DNA from: Candidatus Heimdallarchaeota archaeon
GTDB lineage: Archaea; Asgardarchaeota; Heimdallarchaeia; Heimdallarchaeales; Heimdallarchaeaceae
DNA: 11,699 bases
Direction of reading: 5' to 3'
NCBI GenBank assembly: GCA_030668825.1
Contig: DAOVET010000082.1
Coordinates: 1 to 11,699 of the forward strand
Shown here: one piece after another, positions 1 to 6,900 of the stretch
How the letters are laid out: every line of letters begins with the position of its first letter
Numbering within the stretch: position 1 is the first letter of the stretch
Program-made: the position numbers and the translations under genes
The notes under the pieces: model-generated
Databases searched by the model: none
Told to the model about the DNA's origin: nothing
What the model saw: only the letters and a program-made list of their open reading frames with translations

Positions 1-846
1 ATTATTACTGGAGCTTCCTCAGGAATTGGTAAGGCTGTATCTCTAGCCCTAGTCAAATACAAACCGAAGCTTGTTCTTGTTGCTAGAAGAAAGAAAAAGC
101 TGCTGCATACTGCAAGTTTATTGAAAAAACATAAAATCAAAACTTTATCCATTGTTGGTGATGTAAGAAATCGAGATGACAGAATGAAGATTATAGATCT
201 TACTTTGAAGACATTTGGAAGAATTGATGTTTTAATAAATAATGCAGGAGTAGGAAAAGCAAACCTGTTTTTAAAACAGCCTGAAGAAGAAATTGATCAA
301 TTAATAGAAACCAATATTCTATCCTTAATTAAGATGACACATGCAGTTGTACCTATTATGGAACAACAAGGTAAAGGTAACATTATCAACATATCTTCAT
401 CTCTTGCAATGCTCCCCGTTTATCCTTTTGCAGTTTATTGTGCAACAAAATCTGCAGTTAAAGTATTTGGTGATAGCATAAGACAAGAGCTCAAAAATTA
501 TGGGATATCAGTTTCAACCGTTTTGCCAGGACCATATAAAACAGAATTTAACAAAATATCTGGATTAAGTGATAAACTTGTGAATGGAAGTGAGGTTGGC
601 AAACTTGCTAGGAAAATTGCACTGCTCATAACTAAGCCGAAAAACAACTTGATTCAACCTAAATCATTTATCCCACTCTTGTGGATAACCACTAGATTTA
701 GTTCATTTAAAGAAAAAATTACTTACCAAATAGCAGAGCAAATAAATAGGGCAAGATTAGCCAATCTTAAGGAATTGATGTTGGAAAAATCTTTATTAAA
801 AGAAAAGGAAACGGAAATTACTGTTGAAGCAAAAACCAAAATCTAA
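1..846 (+). CDS. Classical short-chain dehydrogenase/reductase (SDR), probably NADP(H)-preferring; 5' end lies before the window
   Basis: Frame 1 is open from base 1 and reads IITGASSGIGKAVSLAL...VLVARR (TGxxxGxG Rossmann motif, basic residue after beta-2), so the ORF-track start at 121 is too late. Also has INNAG, the catalytic Ser region (NISS) and YCATK (YxxxK). Stop TAA at 844-846. Confidence 0.95.
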   Translation: MITGASSGIGKAVSLALVKYKPKLVLVARRKKKLLHTASLLKKHKIKTLSIVGDVRNRDDRMKIIDLTLKTFGRIDVLINNAGVGKANLFLKQPEEEIDQLIETNILSLIKMTHAVVPIMEQQGKGNIINISSSLAMLPVYPFAVYCATKSAVKVFGDSIRQELKNYGISVSTVLPGPYKTEFNKISGLSDKLVNGSEVGKLARKIALLITKPKNNLIQPKSFIPLLWITTRFSSFKEKITYQIAEQINRARLANLKELMLEKSLLKEKETEITVEAKTKI

Positions 847-1091
847 GCTGCTACGAAGTATTTCCCTTCAGATTTCTGTTTCTTATCTAGTTGGGAACCC
901 TTTTTGTTGACTCTAGGTCGAAGAGTTCGAGGATCTTGTCTGAAAGTTATATCCATTTTTCTCAAAAAGGTATTCATGCCATTCTGTAGTGTACCAATTC
1001 TTTTGCTTGATCCTTTCTCTCCTGGAATCCCATCGAAAACCATTAGTCTATCAGAAGTGAAATTAAGCATCATAACGTCATGCTCTACTAC
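843..1091. repeat. Left copy of a diverged 249-bp direct repeat (ABCE1 3' end)
   Basis: Ungapped alignment to 9361-9609 gives about 60 mismatches in 249 nt by hand count. Longest identical run is GAACCCTTTTTGTTGAC (895-911). Confidence 0.95.
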
Positions 1092-1097
1092 AATGGC
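843..1097 (-). pseudogene. Orphan 3' fragment of ABCE1/RLI (NBD2 H-loop to C-terminus, about 84 codons)
   Basis: Reads AIVVEHDVMMLNFTSDRLMVFDGIPGEKG...ITFRQDPRTLRPRVNKKGSQLDKKQKSEGKYFVAA; 66/82 aa identical to the C-terminus of 9361-11223. Only a TTG start in non-homologous T-rich sequence. No indels or internal stops. Confidence 0.9.
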
Positions 1098-1103
1098 ACG
1101 TAT

Positions 1104-1131
1104 CAAAAGAAGACTGAAAACAAAAGAAAAT
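1104..1131 (-). terminator. Probable archaeal oligo-T terminator for the 1151-1855 gene
   Basis: Minus strand reads TTTTCTTTTGTTTTCAGTCTTCTTTTG starting about 20 nt after the stop codon. Confidence 0.5.
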
Positions 1132-1150
1132 CTCAGGTTTATGTTAGTCT

Positions 1151-1855
1151 TTACCTCAGTTTTTTATCTTTTTGTCTCATACTTATCCAATAAAAATGAA
1201 AAAGAACAATCAAATCTCCTCCTGCAAGTGACCAAAGGAGAAAAAGAGCTGTTTTACGATAAGAAGGAAGAATTTTTCCCCAAGAACTAGGAGTAAAACC
1301 ATAATCAATTTCACTATCATTATAATGATCATAGAGGACAGTTTCATAAGACTTGTAAGAAAACCTTGGAGTACTATATAGATGAGCACTATCGATTATT
1401 CCTGCCCATATGATATACTTTCCTGCAGGTGGAAGGGTGTCATTATAATTCCTCACTAGGATTCCCATACTTCCAGGTCTTTCAGTTAAACCTGGTTTTA
1501 TAACATGAATCGTAATAAAGATCCAAAAACCATATCCTGAGCTAACTGGATAATTTTCTTCCAATTCAATTTTCATCTGAGGATCTAAAAGATTGCTATT
1601 ACCAGTACCAAACACATATTCTCTGTTTGAAGGATTCCAGATTTCAAAAGTTAAATCAAATCCAAAATTTGTATAAATGTATTCACTTGTGTTTCCTTGT
1701 GTATATCGACAAGGTGGCCAGGAAATAGATTTTAGACGTATATACAAATTATAAGGTCTCTGTACCCCATACAGAAGCGTTCCAGTACTTAATGTAAGAA
1801 CAAACCCAATAATGAGTATTGCCAAAATTCTCTTTTTGGAAAGTTTAAGAAACAT
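1151..1855 (-). CDS. Hypothetical membrane protein: N-terminal signal/TM, beta-rich extracellular domain, C-terminal TM
   Basis: 234 aa. KKR followed by ILAILIIGFVLTLSTGTLLYGV; beta-strand-like core (FGFDLTFEIWNPS, LPPAGKYIIWAGI); hydrophobic ALFLLWSLAGGDLIVLFHFYWI then basic tail RQKDKKLR. TATA-like element upstream. Confidence 0.8.
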   Translation of the reverse strand: MFLKLSKKRILAILIIGFVLTLSTGTLLYGVQRPYNLYIRLKSISWPPCRYTQGNTSEYIYTNFGFDLTFEIWNPSNREYVFGTGNSNLLDPQMKIELEENYPVSSGYGFWIFITIHVIKPGLTERPGSMGILVRNYNDTLPPAGKYIIWAGIIDSAHLYSTPRFSYKSYETVLYDHYNDSEIDYGFTPSSWGKILPSYRKTALFLLWSLAGGDLIVLFHFYWISMRQKDKKLR

Positions 1856-1878
1856 AACAAAATTGCATAGCTACAAAT

Positions 1879-1888
1879 CTATAAAAAA
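1879..1888 (-). promoter_or_regulatory. Candidate archaeal TATA box for the 1151-1855 gene (leaderless spacing)
   Basis: Minus strand TTTTTTATAG ends 23 nt before the ATG at 1855. Confidence 0.45.
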
Positions 1889-1997
1889 GTTGTTTCATAA
1901 TTAAGAAATGGTATTCTTTAACAAATAAATTACCTTTTTCATACTAAATCTATGTGTTCTTATTAGAATATGTACCATTTTTTGTGGTGTACTTACC

Positions 1998-3767
1998 ATG
2001 TTAAATAACAAAAGAATTAAAGTAATAATTGTTGTTTTACTTAATTTTATGTTGCTAATGGCATTACTTCATCTTGGAAATGCTACAAATGCGCAATCAA
2101 TCACTGTCAGTTCATCCAAGAGACATGACAGTATAGGCTTTAGACTTTCTTTCTCTAGCTCGAAAATAACATCTACTTATTTTGCTGAATTTCAAAAGGA
2201 AAGTAGTTCTTTCTTTGCTGACCTTCTTGATTGGGGAGTAGACGATATCGAAGCAGAACAGGTTTTCGGTGGATATGAAGGTGCAACAGATATTGGTGGA
2301 GATTATACAGGAGATGGAATTATAATAGCAATCCTTGATAGTGGAATAGATAAACAATCTGGAAATTTACATGATGATTTTATAGGTAAGATTGTGGAGG
2401 AGTATGATTTCTATAATAGTGATAGTAATGCTGAAGACAATTATGGTCATGGTACTCACTGCGCAGGAATAGCTTCAGCACGCGATGATAATGATGGTAT
2501 CATAGGAGTAGCTCCAGAATCAGAACTTTTGATTGGTAAGGTTGGTGATTTCGTGAGTCCTTATACATATTTTGTAGATGATGAAACTCTAGCAGATGCC
2601 ATTGACTGGGCTGTTTATGAAGGGGCTGACATTATTTCTATGAGCTGGGGATTTTTCTACAAACTTAATCCTGTTGTCTATGAAGCATTAGATGATGCAT
2701 ATGATGCAGGAGTTGTGCTAGTAGCAGCGGCGGGAAATGAAGACAGAGAAATTGCTTATCCAGCAAACATTTCACAAGTTATAGCTGTTGGAGCTATCTC
2801 AAAAGATCACACATTGGCAGGATATCCAGATCCTTATTGGCTTGAAGATTTCGCTAGTTGCACAGGTCCAGAACTTGATGTTGTAGCTCCTGGAACTGCT
2901 ATCTATAGTACATTCTTAAACAATGGTTTCGGAAATTATAGTGGTACTTCTATGGCAGCTCCGCATGTTGCAGGTCTTTGTGCTTTAATATTAGAAGCGC
3001 AATCAGTTCTTACTCCTGCACAAGTTAAAGATATCCTTGCAATCACTGCCACTGACTTAGGTTCTACAGGTAAAGATAATTCTTATGGCTATGGGGAAGT
3101 ACAGGCAGTTAAAGCTGTTGACGCTGCAGAACTCTATTTCACTGATACAGATAGCGATGATCTTACTGATGCTTATGAGAAATATGTTTATGACACCGAT
3201 CCTAATGACTCTGATTCTGATGATGATGGATTAAATGACGGTTATGAAATCAATACTAGTTTAACTGATCCAAATGATGCAGATACTGATAATGATGGAT
3301 TAGATGATAAAGAAGAAATTCAAACCTATGCTACTGACCCTCATGATGCAGATACAGATGATGATGGCATGCCCGATGGATGGGAAATCTCCAAAAATTT
3401 CGATCCTCTTTCTCATGATTCATCACAGGATGCTGATGGAGATGGTGCAAGTAATCTAGATGAATATTATTATGGAACTGATCCAAATGATGCAGACATG
3501 GATAATGATGGAATGAACGATTTAGAAGAGATAGTTTATGGAACAAACCCATTTGTTAATGATGCAAATTTAGATCCTGATGGTGATGGGTTAACTAATT
3601 ATGAAGAGGTTACAATATACTTCACCAATCCATTCAGTTCAGACACTGATGGAGATGGATGGAGTGATTATTTGGAGATACATGGTATAGGTCCTTTGAA
3701 TCCTTCAGATCCTAATGATCCAAACAGCGTTCCTTCTACAGGTGGAGGAGGAGGGTTTTTCCCATAA
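1998..3767 (+). CDS. Secreted S8 subtilisin-like serine protease with C-terminal acidic Ca-binding (TSP3-like DxDxDG) repeats
   Basis: Signal peptide (KRIKVIIVVLLNFMLLMALLHLG). Catalytic triad motifs IAILDSG, HGTHCAG and GTSMAAPHVAG, plus oxyanion AAAGNE. GGTG lies 8 nt upstream of the ATG. Confidence 0.95.
   Translation: MLNNKRIKVIIVVLLNFMLLMALLHLGNATNAQSITVSSSKRHDSIGFRLSFSSSKITSTYFAEFQKESSSFFADLLDWGVDDIEAEQVFGGYEGATDIGGDYTGDGIIIAILDSGIDKQSGNLHDDFIGKIVEEYDFYNSDSNAEDNYGHGTHCAGIASARDDNDGIIGVAPESELLIGKVGDFVSPYTYFVDDETLADAIDWAVYEGADIISMSWGFFYKLNPVVYEALDDAYDAGVVLVAAAGNEDREIAYPANISQVIAVGAISKDHTLAGYPDPYWLEDFASCTGPELDVVAPGTAIYSTFLNNGFGNYSGTSMAAPHVAGLCALILEAQSVLTPAQVKDILAITATDLGSTGKDNSYGYGEVQAVKAVDAAELYFTDTDSDDLTDAYEKYVYDTDPNDSDSDDDGLNDGYEINTSLTDPNDADTDNDGLDDKEEIQTYATDPHDADTDDDGMPDGWEISKNFDPLSHDSSQDADGDGASNLDEYYYGTDPNDADMDNDGMNDLEEIVYGTNPFVNDANLDPDGDGLTNYEEVTIYFTNPFSSDTDGDGWSDYLEIHGIGPLNPSDPNDPNSVPSTGGGGGFFP
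3144..3730 (+). repeat. Eight tandem coding repeats DxDxD[G/D]xxD/NxxE...[T/F][D/N]P, about 22-28 aa each
   Basis: DTDSDDLTDAYE, DSDDDGLNDGYE, DTDNDGLDDKEE, DTDDDGMPDGWE, DADGDGASNLDE, DMDNDGMNDLEE, DPDGDGLTNYEE, DTDGDGWSDYLE. Confidence 0.9.
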
Positions 3768-3798
3768 TTCTTCTTCTTTTTCTTTTTTTCCCTTTTTG
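3768..3798 (+). terminator. Probable archaeal oligo-T terminator of the subtilase gene
   Basis: Pure pyrimidine tract TTCTTCTTCTTTTTCTTTTTTTCCCTTTTT directly after the TAA. Confidence 0.65.
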
Positions 3799-3953
3799 TA
3801 TTATAACTCTTACAGTTCTGGTTTCAGTATACGCAACAGGTTTTTTCAATACGCTTCGTTCTAATCATACTAAAACCATTTAGAATTTCTTTATGCTATA
3901 AACTTACTCCTCTAATATACTATGCTCCTAGGTCAATGTGAAATTTTCTCAAC

Positions 3954-3961
3954 TTTATAAA
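3954..3961 (+). promoter_or_regulatory. Candidate TATA box for the 1784-aa gene
   Basis: TTTATAAA ends 26 nt before the ATG at 3988, consistent with a short-leader or leaderless archaeal transcript. Confidence 0.5.
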
Positions 3962-3987
3962 TCAAACTCAAAATACACTTTATAGAT

Positions 3988-6900
3988 ATGAGAAGAAGTA
4001 AGATAAAACTCTCTCTGATTGTAATAATCACTATTTTAATTCTTTTAAGTTGTAAAAGTTTGTTTACTCATACAAACATTACTAATCAGAATATTCTTTC
4101 TTCCTCTTCCTTTCCAGAAATTGTCTTTAATTATAATTCCACATACACTAAACAGACTTTTACAGTTGAGCTTCAACTAGAGTTAGATTCATTCAATATT
4201 TTAACGATGTTTTTCTTAACTTCAGGGTATAAAACGAATAGCGAGGGAATAAAAGTTACTTTCATAATTGAGCAAACTGAGATCATTTTTACCATTGAAA
4301 GATTGTTTCAAGATAGTTTAAGCCATAATCTTACACAACTCTTTTCTTTTCCTGAAGCTTTCGTGGGTAAGAAAAATATTACTGTAATCTGTGAAGCTCA
4401 AACCTCTTACTTCTATCAATCTGGAACATTACAGATAACAGCTCAAACAACAATAGAAAAAATACTACCTCAAATCCTCACTGAAACTCCTTCTTCTTTA
4501 CCCATATTTCCTGACTGGATTAGATTCAAAGGCAGTACTGTATCTACCATAAGGAAAAGCGTTACGACTGTGTTCAACAATTCCCATGATTTTGATAAAC
4601 TCAACTTTTCACTATCATTTTTAACCAACAATTTTTCTGCTTACAAACAATACTTCGAAATTGAAATAAATAATCTGATTGTAAATACAAGAAATTTTGA
4701 AGAAAATCAGCAAATATCAGAAAGTTTCCTATCTGACATTAACTCAGGCATAAACCTACTAAAGATTTATTTTTCAGTTGAAATGTGTATAGATGAAATA
4801 CAATTATCAAACATTCGCTTAACTATAAATGGTATAAATAATCAAAATATTCTCCCAGACAATGTTTTTGATTGGTATGAATGGGAAAATAACGACTTTG
4901 AGTATTCATTTGATCTATCAGCATTGAAACCCCAAGTTAGTTATCAAGAGAAGATTGTGGAAATTCAGATTGATTATGGATGTATAGGATCAATAGTTCT
5001 CCCTTCTATTAGTTACAGCATAAATGATGGAACAGAAAGTGTAGATTCAGGAGATATCACAGAGAGTTATCAGGTCAATGTTCCTCAGACAATTACAACC
5101 AAATTTACTTCTACTGATAGCAACCAACTATTTACTTTCAGAATTCAAGGTTCAGCAGTAGGACTGGGGTATTTCTATATACTTAATACTAGTTTTATTA
5201 CAATTGAAGTATTACCAGAGTTCCAAGAAAACAATACTTTAGAAAGAGGAATGCAGGAAACTACAAACTATGTTACTCCTCTCTCTAATCCTCTTGTTCT
5301 AACTTTCAGAGATTTTTTCAGATCTACACTGAATTATCAAAAATCTAATATTTCCTTATCCTTTTCCCTAATTAACGAGTTTGGGTCTTCAATTAGGCAG
5401 ATACACGTACTTATGAAATTCGATTTTACGATTATCTTTGATAAACAAATCTCTTTTGAGAAGCTGATTGAACTTCAAGAGCTACGAACACTTTATTCTC
5501 AAGTATATCAAGTTACAATCATTTTAACGCTATATGGAGATGGGGACATAATTACATTAAATGACCTAAAGTATTCTCTTTTTAGTTCTTCAAATAGTGA
5601 AAACAATTCTGATCCAATTTCTTTTCCCGAAAATCCTGCATCTGAACCTATCAATCCATCAAAATCTTTAATGTTAATAGAATATGGGATTATTCTACTT
5701 TTCGCCACTGTTTTGCTTACACAACATTTTCAAAGAAAAAGAATAGTGGATATAACTACAGAAACATTTACTCAAACTGAAGTAGGAATAATGGGGGTGA
5801 TTAGTAAACTATTGACACTTCCCAGAAAATGGTGGCTGAAAGTAAAGGAATCAATGTTTAGGCTATATTTACTACCTTCATCTATTTGCTATATTGTATG
5901 GAAAACAAATACTCTCTATAAGATCATTGCTGAGCTCAATAGTATTGCTAACAATAGCTTCCTTCAACCACAACTTACTACTTTGGGAAAATTGGGGTTC
6001 TATTCATTTTTCCTTTGTAGTTCTGCATCAAATTTAGTATTGCTCTCTGCTCTCTATCTCACATTTGTTTCTACTTTCTATGTGGATCTATTCAAATTTT
6101 CAAAGGTTTTGGGTGTAAATACGCTCTTTATTTATATTCCATCCAACATACTTGTGTTATTTTACATAGTAAGTAATAGCTTCAAAATCAAAACCTTCGG
6201 AATTATCATTCTTTACGTTTTATTTCTAAACATTATTGTTACTTTGATTCTCTTTGGACGAACAAAAAATAAGCAAACTGAAAATGTCAAGAGTTCCTTC
6301 TTCAAAGTAAATATTTCAAGAATTGCAAATGAGAATGAGAGTTCAGATTTGCTAATATCTGCAGAAGAAAATAATCTATCTGATGAACAATATAATGACC
6401 ATAAGCAGAGAATTATTAATTATATAATTAGTAAAATCACTCCAGAAATCCAAGTCTCAGTAAATCGTTTTTCCAAGCTGTTCCATGTTTCGATTGAACT
6501 TGCTCATAAATTGTTAACTGATGCATACAATGATGTTCCTAATTTGGGTAAATACTATATTGAAGAACAAATCTATATTCGCAATCCAGATAGCGAAATT
6601 GGAAGTACAAATCTCGATATTCGATCACAAAAAAAGCATGGTGAGTTTAAAGCTAGTTCTAATATAAATGATGGTAGTATGATTCTCGAAAAGAATAAAG
6701 CTGAAATGAATAATTCCAGAGAAACTAGTTTATCTTCTACTAAATCTCTCTTTTCAACTCCTGTTTTTGACACAAAAGATGGTACCATTTCACCTATATT
6801 CAATTCAGTTCTAACTAATTTACTAGATATTAATATCCAAACAGATATTCATACTTTTATTAGACAAATTAAAGATTACTTATTAAGCAGTGCAAACCAA

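Noticed and set aside
121-123. TTG start for the SDR given by the ORF track
   Set aside because: The cofactor-binding TGASSGIG motif lies upstream in the same frame, so the real start is outside the window.
843-1091. DGR template/variable repeat pair with 9361-9609
   Set aside because: Mismatches are not adenine-specific on either strand, are largely at third codon positions, and there is no RT gene in the window.
904-1290. 128-aa plus-strand ORF resembling the ORF at 9422-9628
   Set aside because: Both are antisense shadows of the duplicated ABCE1 tail, which explains their similarity.
2112-2357. Cys-containing 81-aa minus-strand ORF
   Set aside because: Antisense to the subtilase, with no independent signal.
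3331-3552. His-rich 73-aa minus-strand ORF
   Set aside because: The His codons arise from the reverse complement of the GAT/GATG-rich Asp repeats in the subtilase.
3144-3730. CRISPR array or DNA-level tandem repeat
   Set aside because: The repeats are degenerate at the DNA level and conserved only as protein motifs.
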